Below are positions 10,745 through 22,310 of a stretch of DNA of 64,000 bases, in pieces; position 1 is the stretch's first letter, and every line of letters begins with the position of its first letter. Origin of the DNA: Selaginella moellendorffii (taxonomy: Eukaryota; Plantae; Lycopodiophyta); the NCBI RefSeq assembly GCF_000143415.4, contig NW_003314270.1, positions 618,453 through 682,452 on the forward strand. The letters are read 5' to 3'. A program made the translations under genes and the position numbers. The notes under the pieces were generated by a model. It saw only the letters and a program-made list of their open reading frames with translations, searched no databases and was not told where the DNA came from.

Positions 10745-13158
10745 CTAACTTCCAGCCGAGTCCGACACAAGCAACTTCTTGCTCATGTCGGCTGTGAGAA
10801 GCCACATCCTCAAGCTCCGCCCTTCAATCCTCCAGCTCCCCGCCAGCCTCGTGAAAGGAATCCCCAGCTTCACAATCTCCCTCTCCACGGCCTCGCGCAC
10901 CACGGACTCGCCCTCCACTTTGCTAAACTTCCCCCACCCCGTCACAACCGTGACAAACGCTGGAAAGTTCACGAAGTCCGGGAACACTCTCTCGATCGGC
11001 CCCGCCGGAACAAGCGCCTCCAGAGAGATCTCTAGCGCTGCCAGCGACGATGCCTCGGATCTCTTGTCAAAGCCTGGCTCTGGAGCGTCGTCTCTCACGG
11101 TAGCTCGGGCAGCCTCCTCAAGCCACTTCAAAAACTGGTAGAAGGCAACTTGTGCTGCTCCCACGGACAAGTTTCTCAAATCCAGCCTCCACTCTCGCCG
11201 GTTTAGCAGGCATTGGCACTCGCGGTAGCCCCTCTGTAGCGTCCACTTAAGGATGATTGCCGCGCGGCGGTGCCAGCCCAGTGTCCATAACGCGTCTATA
11301 AGACCCGACGTGAAAATCTTCCAGGTCTTTACGTTGTCCGGGCTGATCACCTTTCCCAGCTCCAAGACAAGAGCTTCCACCTGGGAATGCCATTTGGTGT
11401 TGGTAAGAAACTGAAAACCAGATAGATCGGCTCACCTGGTCGTCGTCGAGTGTCTCCATTAGCAAGTACCGGAGAATAATTATTGGCTTGGAGTCGAACT
11501 CCCTGAAAAAATTTATCAGTATAGTGGCCTCCTCCACCGTTTTGCAGTTTTTCGAGCTCAGGGCCATAAGAACCACTGTGCACGTAACGACATTTGGATC
11601 GCAGCGCGCAGCTTTCATGTCAGAAAATATGCCCTCAAGCTTTGACCAGTTGCCCCACTTTACGCAGGCGTCAAGAGCTTCGGTGAATATATAGATGTTA
11701 CAAAGCGAGGAGTTTCTTTTGACATCATCGTAGATGCCGAGTACCTACAGAAACAAAACCAAGTCAGTGACAGGCACACGCAAACAAAATGAACGGAGTT
11801 ACCTCTTTGTATGCTCCAACGGACTTGAAGCAGTACATCAGGCTCAGAAAGCTTACATACGTAGGCTCCAGTCCAGACTCGATCATCTCGTGGAAACACG
11901 ATTGAGCCAGCGCGTGGTGTCCACTCTTGCTGTACATAGTCATCAAGATGTTGAAGGTTATGGCGGACGGCTCGATCCCCAGGTCTTTCATGGTCTGGAA
12001 AATCTTCATCGCCTCCTCAATCCTCCCTTCTTGCCCATACCCGTGCAGCAAACACGAGAACGTCGTCACGTTGGGCATAACCTCGGCCTTAACCATCTCC
12101 CGGAGCACGTCCAACGCAGCTGCGCAATTGCCTACACTGCACAATCACACACGGCTTCACTCGGAAACCAGAAAGAAAAGCGAAAGTGCTGGAAACGTAA
12201 GAAACTCACCTGAAGCAACGTAGACATTGATGAGCGAAGAATACGTGATCACATTGGGCTCCAGGTCCTGCTTCTTCATATTCGAGAAGAACACCCGCGC
12301 TTCCCATGCCTGCTTCCCGGTGGCACAGGCAGCGATGAGAATGTTGTATGAAGCAACACTGGCCTTGACGCCTCGAAGATACATCTCCTTGAAAACACTC
12401 ACCACCTTTGTCAGCTCGTGCCCAGCCTTCACGTAGGAATGCATCAAGATGTTGTAGCTGAGATGGTTTGGCCGGATCGACTGCTTCATGTCCCGGAACA
12501 AATCGTCCACCGCCTCCAGCTTCCCGGCCTTGCAAAACGCGTGGAGCAGCGCATTGTACATGCCCGCGTCCTTCTTCACGGAGATCTTGATGAAATGGTT
12601 GAAGACCTGGACGGCGATGTCGAAAGAGCTAGCCTTTCCAAGCACGTCGATGATGTGGATTCGCAAGTATGGATCGAGGTGAAACCAGTTTTGGAGCTGC
12701 ATCCAATCCAAGACTGCCATCGTGATCTGGACGGAGCCCCTTGTGCCAAATTCCCGGACTAGATCGCTGGCCACCGACACAACCTCGTCGTAGGACACTG
12801 CCGCGGCGCTCCGGAGTGGATCCACGCTCATCTGCCGCAGCCACCTCTGGAGGATCGCCTTGACGCAGGCCACATCGTTGGATCGCAAGATTTCGCTCAC
12901 GAGCAGCCGGACATCGCTCTCGCTCTGCCTATAAGACGCTCGCGAGCTCTCGGCGTACTCGCTGTCGATCGATTCCTCCAAGCTGCCGCTCTGGTAATCA
13001 CGAGCGGCTCGCTCGTGATCGGCCGCGACATTGGCGTCCAGCTCGTCGATTGCCTGCATTCCTCCGCCATCGCTGGCGATCGACCGGAGATTACCTCGAT
13101 TCTGGAAGAGCTTCTTGCTGGAGATCCTCGCCAGCGCCGCGCCGCGCCTTGGCAACAT
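10745..13158 (-). CDS. P-class pentatricopeptide repeat protein with C-terminal SMR domain (PPR-SMR), organelle-targeted
   Basis: Exons 13158-12210, 12131-11803, 11744-11436 and 11380-10745 with GT-AG introns in phase. Repeated PPR motifs (YNALLHAFCKAG, PNVITYSSLI, PNVTTFSCLLHGYGQEG). SMR motifs WRLDLRNLSVGAA and VTVVTGWGK. Arg-rich, acid-free N-terminus. Confidence 0.9.
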
Positions 13159-13239
13159 CACATTTGGGGAGAGAATGCGCTCCTCCTCCCATAAGCCCTA
13201 AAATAACGCAGACCACCGTCCGATGCTTAAAATCAATGG

Positions 13240-13378
13240 GAACCGTTGGATGAAATTGGTCATCGTAAATCAAAGTAGGAGCCGTTGGATGAAGAACATC
13301 AAGGACACCCGTCAGATTAAAATTCACCAAAAACGATAGGAGCCATTGGATGAAGAGCATCAAGGACAACCGTCAGAT
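13240..13378. promoter_or_regulatory. 61-bp-period direct repeat carrying TCCAACGG/TCTGACGG (MSA/MYB-core-like) motifs upstream of the PPR-SMR gene
   Basis: TAGGAGCCGTTGGATGAAGAACATCAAGGACACCCGTCAGAT (13276-13317) recurs at 13337-13378 with 3 mismatches. A partial third copy lies at 13240-13254. Confidence 0.5.
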
Positions 13379-13439
13379 AGGAAGAGAAAACCTTAAAATT
13401 CACAGAAAAATGATAGTACACGCGCGAGCGAGCAATCGA

Positions 13440-13741
13440 TTAGCAGGGGATTTGCTCCGTGAACCATCGTATGACGTGAAGCGGCGCCTTGATCAGCTCC
13501 AGCGCCAGATTGACAATGGCGGCGACGCAAATACAGCACGGGCAGATGATCGTGAGAAGGATCCTGCCACGAAACAAAGAAGCAAAATCAAGCGCGAGCC
13601 AAAATCCCTAAAATTCGCCACAGATCTGGGCGCTTACCCGACGATCCACACCACGACCCCCACGAGAGAGATGAGAAACGAGAGGATTGCGAAGGGCAGT
13701 CCCAGCAGGAAGCCAATCGGGTGGCAATTGTCGCAGCACAT
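13440..13741 (-). CDS. TAX: Signaling peptide TAXIMIN homolog (75 aa, Cys-rich, hydrophobic)
   Basis: Exons 13741-13638 and 13563-13440 with a 74-nt GTAAG...CAG intron give [75 protein letters not shown], which matches the TAXIMIN family pattern as I recall it. Confidence 0.92.
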
Positions 13742-14255
13742 CGCGCAGATCAATCGATCGAAACCAAGCAAGAAGGAAGAAAGAAGAAAAGGAAGCGCGA
13801 ATTTTCCAAAAGCAGCAGCTAGGGCAGGGCTCCTTTCTCTTTGCCGCTTTTATTTTGCTTCTTCCAGGAAATGGATCGAAAAACCACGTCGCCGTCGTTT
13901 TTGAAGGAGCTTGACAGCGTCAGCCATAGGCATGCGTACGAAACCGCCATGGCCCAAAAGATGACAGGATTCCGTACCGGTGTGAGGTCAATGCAGTGGT
14001 CACCCCCTCCCCCGGATGGGAATGGGCCAGTCCGTGCGCTTCGTACACATTCGAGTTCTGGCCAGGGTGGTCTAAATCTTGGAGTATATGGCGCCAATCC
14101 TCCTGGCGCTAGGGTTCGTCCGGGGAGCTCGCTCCAGGCGCTCTAGGGCTGCATTTTGGGGAATCTCTATGTGATTCAGGTGTATTTCGAGTGATTGCCG
14201 CATCGGCATTTGATTTTGGGAGGATCTTTCAAGCTCCCGATCGATCGGGGCTTCT

Positions 14256-16527
14256 ATGTCTCAAGAGTGGATCAGGAATCCTCCGACGCTAGCCTACACT
14301 ATTCCATCTGGCGAGCTCAGCCGCCAGAGCATCGGTTTCCTTAGCCCGATCCGGTTCTCCTGCTTTAGAGCGAATTGCCAAAGGCAGCCAACGCAAATGG
14401 AGTGTGATGCCTCACAAGCAACGAAGAAGAATCCATTCAGTGGTTTCCTGGAGAGCTCGAAGTCAGTGTGACTTATTTTTCTGTTTCATTGAATGTGAAT
14501 CTTATGCTGGAAATTTTCAGGAAAGTCTTTGAGGCCGATGATCTTGGGCGAGAGATTGCAGCTGTCGCTCTTCCGGCATTGCTTGGACTTGCCGCGGATC
14601 CACTCGCTTCTTTGGTGGACACGGCATTCATCGGTCAAATAGGTAGCCATTCTTCTTTCTTCTTTCCTTCTAGTTTAATAACTCTCGCTGTTTTGTCAGG
14701 CTCGGTGGAGTTAGCTGCTGTAGGTGTCTCGATTTCGGTTTTCAACTTGATATCAAAGATCTTTAATATTCCTCTTCTCAACATCACGACATCTTACGTC
14801 GCAGAGGACAACGTTGCTGGATGCGGCTTTGAGGAAGGCATCCCGCTGACGGAAGCCGCTGGTAAACTTGGTCAAGCATGCATTGCATAACTAACACGCG
14901 GCAATTCAGAAGAAGGGCACTTCATTGAGAAGCCTGGAAAGTCTGAGAAGCGCGTCTACCCGTCTGTTTCATCAGCGCTGTTTCTGGGATCGTCACTCGG
15001 AATCATAGAGGCTCTTGTGCTGTTGCTTGGAGCCTGGCCAATTCTCAGAATAATGGGGATTTTGGACGTAAGTGTTGGTTGGTGTTGAAAGATCAATGGT
15101 CTAATTCTCTTGGAACAGGATTCTCCAATGCGTCTTCCTGCGCAGCAGTATCTATCAATTCGGGCTCTGGGAGCTCCTGCAGTTGTTGTTTCTCTAGCTA
15201 CGCAAGGAGTGTTTCGTGGCTTTAAAGACACAAAAACTCCTCTGTATGCTACAGGTAAATTAATTTTGTTCTTTCTTTCTTTCGTTCTCTGACCTGTGTT
15301 TTGATGATAGTCACGGGGAACATAGTGAATGTGGTGCTGGATCCAATTTTGATGTTTTCTTTTGGATATGGAGTTACCGGGGCAGCTGTGGCAACAGTCG
15401 TGTCACAGTGAGTTGCAGGCAACTGATTGCTATGTTTTTTTACGTTCTTTTAGTTTGGCAGATATGTAATTGCGTTCATTTTATTGGTGAAACTAAACGA
15501 AGTTGCTGTCCTGATCCCGCCTGATATATCAAGACTGGGCCTAAGACGTTTTTTTTCGTCTGGTAAGGCACATACGTTTGTGAAGATTTCTGGAACTGAA
15601 AGTTTTTTCATAGGTGGTCTGTTGTTCACGCGAACCATTGCAATACTGCTTACCATGACACTGGCAACTTCAATGGCTGCTCAGGAGGGTGTAGCTCCTA
15701 TGGCAGCACATCAAATTTGCATGCAAATCTGGTTGGCTGCATCTCTTCTTTCTGATTCCCTGGCGCTCGCCGGACAGGTGAACATACCACGGGGATGTTC
15801 TATCGTCGTGTTCTAAAGTCCTTTTTTTCTAAGGCTGTTATTGCCGATTTCGTGGCACGGAACAATGGGCAAAAGGTTAAAGAGGCAACATTTAGAGTCC
15901 TGCAGGTACTCCTTTCTTGCAGGTTTCTCCTTTTAACTAGCTTCGATCTGACAGCTGGGCATCGTGTTTGGTTTAATCATGGGTGTAATCCTTGGACTTG
16001 GTGGCCAACGCTTTTCAAAACTTTTCACCAGTGATGATTTGGTGATACAAGCATTGATCACTATCATTCCGGTAAGTGTATACATTTTCTTCTTAGTGAT
16101 ACAGTCCTTAGATTGCCATGCTTGCTTTGTAGTTTGCTGTTTTGACTCAGCCTATCAACTCTATGGCGTTCGTGTTTGATGGCATTTTTTACGGTGCAAC
16201 TGACTTCGCCTTTGCAGCCTACTCAATGGTGCGAAACTCGAATGTTTTTTTATGCAAGGACGGTTAAGTGTTTTTATTTTGCAGATAGTGATTGGAATCA
16301 TTTCCTCAGCGGTTCTTTTCGCTGCGCCATCCTTCCTTGGTTTACCTGGTGTATGGCTTGGCTTGACTGTACTCATGAGCCTTCGAATGGCTTCCGGCAT
16401 TTTGAGGTAACGATCTATAAGCCTTTGGATACCATAAGCTAAACCGCCGTTTCAATGCAGGCTGGGGACTGCCACGGGTCCTTGGCAGTTTTTGGCAAAC
16501 GAGAGCTTGGAGATTGACAATTCTTAG
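14256..16527 (+). CDS. MATE/DETOXIFICATION transporter, DTX42-47 (FRD3/DTX44-45-like) group
   Basis: About 13 exons. Motifs EIAAVALPALLGLAADPLASLVDTAFIG, VGVSISVFN...PLLNITTSYVAED, RALGAPA...QGVFRGFKDTKTPLY, MAAHQICMQIWLAASLLSDSLA and C-terminal RLGTATGPWQFL. The N-terminal extension may be a plastid transit peptide. The start codon is uncertain. Confidence 0.92.
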
Positions 16528-18940
16528 TTGCTATCGCGCTGTAGACTTTACTATATCAAGCACAACAAGTCAACAACAATAACTCACGAAAGGAACAAGG
16601 TGCGTACAGTTCTCATGCGATTCATAGTTTCTCCTGCAGGGAGAGAGGGAACGAAAAGAAAAAAAATTTAGATCATAGACCAGTTTAATGCACAGCAATA
16701 AGCAAAGCAGTATCCATTGACGTCGACTCTAAGATTGACGATGACGGTGCTTTGCTTTTTCATGGGCTGGCACTGTTGTAGAGCGTGTGAGGCATGTCTT
16801 TCTTTCGCCTTTCCAGCTTTCGTTTGGCTCGACTAAACCAGTTCTCTCTCTTTTTTTTGTTTCTACAGGTTTTGGAACATGTAACTTGGATCAATCAAAA
16901 GCAGTATCATTTAGACAAGGGTCCAGTCACATACATATGCTTTTTCTAACTTCTACCACTCCTTTTCTTCTTCCTGTTTGCTTGCAGGGATGAGCTGTGG
17001 CCAGCACTTTGCAATCCACTTGGTGGCAGCATAAAAAACAAAGGTTCTTACTTTGTTTCATATTGTTTTAAACAAGATCTCTTCGTTCCCAGGTTTCTAA
17101 GTGACTGATCAATGGGCCATGAAGCTTTGACTGCCTTGGTGACACAAGCACTGCGCTCATGATTCACAGGACGTATGATGGCTTGCGTTCGATTGCAAGG
17201 CTCTGCCAAAGAAATCTTCGGGGAGATATCATCTTTGTCTAGCTCCAAGCCCAATAGTAACTCGGACGAACAAAGTTGTTTCCAATTTGGAAGACGCAAA
17301 GAGGTGAGCTAATAATCTCTGGCACCTTCCACTTTACATCTTGTCCACACTAAACTATTCCCTCCAGGAGTTTGAAGGCCCCACAAACACAAGCACCCAA
17401 TTCTTCGTGCATGGAGCACGAGACCACGTCGAGAAACATGCCCGAGAGGTCCACTTTCTCTCTCTCTCTCTCTCACACACTCTTTTTTTCTTTCATCGTC
17501 TTGCTTTGCTTGAATTGTGATCCAAGGCTAGCACCGATAAAAACTTTAAAGGCTCTCTTGATTTCTTGTCTCGTCTCGTCCTGGAAGAAACACTCCTTTT
17601 TTTTTCCTGCGACTGGATGGATAGATAGATTTGTTATTGGTTTGGGTGCGTGTGGGATGAGCTATTCTTTTATGCTATAATCTACGCGAAATCGCTTATA
17701 CAATAGCCATAGCTATTTGGGATCGATCATGCCAAATGTCATCCGCGGAGAATTTTGGAGGGTGTTGGCAAAGCTTAAAATCTCTTTTGCAGAGATGCTG
17801 CTGTTGCTCCTGCTGCTCAAAAAGAAATCGCTTTGATTTTGTTTGGTGCTGGCTTTGAAATTGCTTTGTCAGATTTTTCCTCTCCTTTCTCTTGAAGAGA
17901 TTGGTGGCCTGTTTGCTGCTGGAGCAGCAACAGGTGCTTTGCCACAATTAAATCCACATTTCTCCTCCCTGGATCTCCTGTTGTTTACTTGCGGTCCATT
18001 TATTATTTCCACAACAAAGCACCAAAAGCTCGTTCCAGCGCTTCGTGTTTTTGGATCCATTCGATCGATCGATCGATCGATCCAGAAGTCGTTTCGTCGC
18101 CTTTCCCAAATTTCATATTTGCACGAAAGTCACTCACTCCATGTGATCTAGAATCTCCGCGTGGATTAATTAGCACAAATCCCTCTTTTCTAATCGCGCG
18201 GTTTGACGACAATGCATGCACATGCACGATGTCAAAAGAAAAAACTTGGACAGTGTCACGAAATTGGAACGTGACACGTAACATGGCCGCCATGACCTAA
18301 AGGGATATACCCTGCCCTGGGGACGGCATATGCCTGTGTCGGGCGCCGGCAGGCCGGACATTATGATGGCGTCCAGGTGGCGAATCGATGAGCTGGCGTG
18401 GCATTTTATAACGTTCGCGGGCGCCGTTAAAACCCCCACAAGCCGGCCGTACAGCGCGGGCCGCGGTCGTACCCCTCATCCGTGAGGCGTGAACGCCGTT
18501 ACTCGTGACGGCCGCTCGTCACTTGCCGGCTTACACATTGCGAAGAAAATGCCATTCTTTTGAGCAGAAGAAGAGAGGCGAGAAAAAAAACTCTCCTTGC
18601 CCAGAAGAAGGAAATGGTGGCGATGGCGATGGCGATGGAGTAGAGTGTAGATAGAGCCATTTGATTTCTATCATAGAGAAATAGATTAGAAGCTCTTCTT
18701 CCTCTTCGTCTCACGGATCGTGGATAGTGAGTGTCTCGAAAGTTGCGAGCTCGCGATCCATTCGGGCTCTTCGCCCAATCCATCCGCAATGCAGCAGCGG
18801 CGATCGTTTGATCCCACGAGTCTCACTCCCTCTTCCTCTATTTCTCCTCAGAGAGCGATCTAAGCATCCCACTCTCGCTCGCTCGCCATTGAGAGAGAGA
18901 GAGAGAGCTCGCAAACAAACACCCACGAACTGGGCAGAGG

Positions 18941-20756
18941 ATGCGCGGGGAGAGCTTGAAGATCAAAATGTGGAGCTCCAGCGGCAGCGCCGCCACTGCC
19001 GCCGCCACTAAATCCACCGCCGCCAAGGGCCGCCAGATCCACAAGACGCTCAACAACATCAAGATGACGGTTCTCTGTGGATTCGTCACCATCCTGGTGC
19101 TGCGCGGGACGATCGGCGCGGGCAGCTTTGGCACGCCGGCGCAAGATCTTCACGACATCCGCGATACTGTCCACCGGCGGAAGGACGCCGGGCGCGTTTT
19201 GGCGGAGGCTAAGAGCTCGAGCAGCGCCATAGCCGAGGAGGAGGCCGAGGTGGAGGCAGAGGTGGTGGACTCGGGCATGCCGTATAGCCTGGGGCCGAAG
19301 ATCTCCGACTGGGACGAACAGCGCGGCGAGTGGCTGCGCAAGAATCCACACATGCCCGCGGTGGTGAATGGCAAGCCCAGGATTTTGCTCGTCACTGGAT
19401 CGCAGCCCAAGCCCTGTGACAATCCAGTTGGGGATCACTACCTCCTCAAGGCCATCAAAAACAAGGTGAGTCTCTCAGTCCCCTAGGCCTAGATCTCTTC
19501 TCTGGAGAGATTTTGCTGTCTCTTCTTCCTCCATCTCCTGCTTGGATTGCTGGTTTTGCTTCATCCAGTGCTCCTATTCCTTGCTTGGAGTTTTGGGTCT
19601 CTAGATTCCGTCAGGATTGACTTCTCTCAGATTTCTCGCATTCCTTTGTTTTGGGCATTGAAAATTTACATCTGTCGACAATGCTGGTCAAGAATTTCAC
19701 CACATTGCCCTCCAAGAACCCTAATTTCTCTCCTCCCCCCTGTTCTTGCAAAATCCCTCTCAAACCGGTCAAGTCACATTCTCTAAAGTCTTCCATCTCG
19801 CCAGTCCTGCCAGTCGAAGCTCCAAATTCCAGTCTTTTCCGGTCGAAATCACCCACATGGAAGAATTCTTCCTCATCGGTTCCCCCCCAAATTCGTTTTT
19901 CGAAGAGCCCTAATTTTTCTATCTTCTTCCCCAGGTGGACTATTGCCGGCTCCACGGCATCGAGATCTTCTACAACATGGCGCATCTCGATCACGAGATG
20001 GCCGGCTACTGGGCCAAGCTCCCGCTCCTCCGCAAGCTCCTCCTCGCGCACCCGGAGGTGGAGTGGATCTGGTGGATGGACAGCGACGCGATGTTCACGG
20101 ACATGGTCTTCGAGCTCCCCATGGAGAAGTACGCGAACTACAACTTCGTCCTCCACGGCTGGGACGAGCTCGTCTACAACAAGAAGAATTGGATCGGCCT
20201 CAACACTGGCAGCTTCCTCATCCGGAATTGCCAGTGGACGCTCGACATCCTCGACGATTGGGCGCCAATGGGGCCGAAGGGGAAGATCCGCGACGAGGCC
20301 GGGAAGATCCTCACGGCATCGCTCGCCGGGAGGCCGGCATTCGAGGCCGACGATCAATCCGCGCTCGTCTACCTCCTCATGACCAAGCGCGATCGCTGGG
20401 GCGATCGCGTCTTCCTCGAGAGCTCCTACTACCTCCACGGCTACTGGGCGATTCTGGTGGACAAGTACGAGGAGATGATCGAGAAGAACCACCCGGGGCT
20501 GGGCGACGATCGGTGGCCATTCGTGACGCATTTCGTGGGATGCAAGCCCTGCGGCCGCTATGGCGATTACCCGGTGGAGCGATGCCTCAAGCAGATGGAG
20601 CGGGCATTCAACTTCGCGGACAACCAGATCCTGGAGATCTATGGCTTCCGGCACCGCGCGCTAGGCAGCGCCAAGGTGAAGAGGACGCGCAACGAGACGG
20701 ATCGGCCGCTGGATAGGCCGCTGGGGATCAGCAATATCGTCGTTGGCGGGAATTAG
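18941..20756 (+). CDS. XXT: Xyloglucan 6-xylosyltransferase (GT34 family), 448 aa
   Basis: Exons 18941-19465 and 19935-20756 (phase 0). Type II TM segment KMTVLCGFVTILVLRG and motifs LLVTGSQPKPCDNPVGDHYLLKAIKNK, EWIWWMDSDA, GLNTGSFLIRNCQW and RWPFVTHFVGCKPC. Confidence 0.95.
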
Positions 20757-21136
20757 GGTTCTTGGGGTGTAGAAATTTAGGGTTCTTGAGAGCTCTGTTT
20801 TGTGGCTTTTCTTTTCTTTCTTTTTTGTCTTTCTCTTGTTTGTGTATAGATCCCGCGCTTGCGCTTTCTCCAAGAACAAGCAAGTAAATCCTAGAGATTT
20901 CACTAGATCATTGTGAGTAAATTCAAGAGACTAGAACTTTTGTGAAAAGCAAGCAAATTTCGAAAGGAAATGGAAACCAGCTAAAAAGCATTGCTTTGAG
21001 AGAAGAGAATAAGATGCTTTTCTGAAGCTTTAAAGAACAGGAGGAGGATCTGTCTTTGCTCCTTGAGGGAGCAAACGAAAAAAAATTGGAAAGAATAATC
21101 GAAAAGGCGATTTGTATGCAGTAGATTTTCTTAGTT

Positions 21137-21747
21137 TCATGTTGTCTTCACTTTGATCTGCTGCTTTTTTCTAAATCTCTTCGAATGCGCTCGCTTCATT
21201 CCCACGAAGTACAAGAGAGCTCCACACAGTGACAGGCTCTGCGAGAAAAAACACAAAATGGCGAACAATTTCTAGCGAATTTCACGAAACTTACCTTGAG
21301 AAATTGCAAGAACTCGTTCGCATACTCTGGTGTTCCTACGTCAAAGTTGTAGAAATCGTGCCATATCGGTGTCTCGATGAACAAATCTAGGAGCTAACCA
21401 AAAAAATCCGAGACAATGAGATGACAAACTCGAGCGAAAGAATCCAAAGGAAACTTACGAGTAAGTAGGCCCCGAAAACGCTACCGAAAGTGAAGAGAAT
21501 CCCTCCCAGGCCTTGCAGTAGGATGGACGCGAAAACCACATACTTCAGCTGCAAAGATGGAAGAAAAAAGTGGTTTTTGTGAGAGAAGGAAATTCTTACG
21601 TTAAAGCTGAGGAGGTTCCATCCAAGTCGAGACTCGAGATGATGGCTCAAAGTGAAGAATTTCGGCTGTAGGAGCCGCGCTGCTCCTCCGCCATCGCCTC
21701 CAAAATCGTTCACCCTGTTCCAAGGAAGAATTATAGATCAAATTCTA

Positions 21748-21784
<37 letters not shown>

Positions 21785-21855
21785 TACTTTTGCCAGGCCG
21801 ATAGGATGAAAATCGAGGAGAAGAGAACGCGGCCGGAGAAGGAGAGGAAGCCCAT
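21137..21855 (-). CDS. HR-like lesion-inducing (Nicotiana lesion-inducing like) membrane protein
   Basis: Five exons give MGFLSFSGRVLFSSIFILSAWQK...DFGGDGG...LQGLGGILFTFGSVFGAYLL...TPIWHDFYN...FLQFLK...GALLYFVGMK...KVKTT*, including a C-terminal KxKxx ER-retention-like end. Confidence 0.88.
21752..21781. repeat. (GA)n microsatellite inside intron 1 of the HR-lesion gene
   Basis: About 15 GA units, read directly from the sequence. Confidence 0.9.
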
Positions 21856-22310
21856 GGATCGATCGGGAAGCGCGGAATTTGGAGCCACATAAACCCTAAA
21901 TCTTGCGCTGCCGTTGCCGCCGCTCGATCTCCCTCCCGCGCATTGGCAGTGGCCACTCCCTAGAATCGCGCGGAAGAACTAGCGCGCTGCCCGTGCGATC
22001 GATCAAGATCCAAACACCTCGTAGTCAAGAAATTTTCTCACCATCGGACGATCTAGATCGTACCACTTGTCAGAAATGCAGAGTTCTATCGGATGGCCAG
22101 GATCTTCCAAAGAACTCATTGTTGCCTGCACGAAAGCCTTTGGGATTTGCGCGCACTCATCAAGGAGCACAACTGGCATTGGAAAGAAAATGATTTCTAG
22201 GGTTCTTCCGGATCGCCGAGGGCGATGGCGTCTTTCACGAGCCTAGGTAGGGTTTAGGTGGTGGAATTTGAAGGAAATCCGGGCGCTAAAGCTTGCCTGG
22301 AGCTGGGAGG

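Noticed and set aside
13350-13904. 184-aa + strand ORF
   Set aside because: It is antisense to the TAXIMIN gene, Lys/Arg-biased and has no recognisable domain.
19611-20716. Long alternative-frame and antisense ORFs over the XXT gene (347, 243 and 257 aa)
   Set aside because: These are shadow ORFs expected from very high GC3 coding sequence. The same applies over the PPR, GATA, MCU and PB1 genes.
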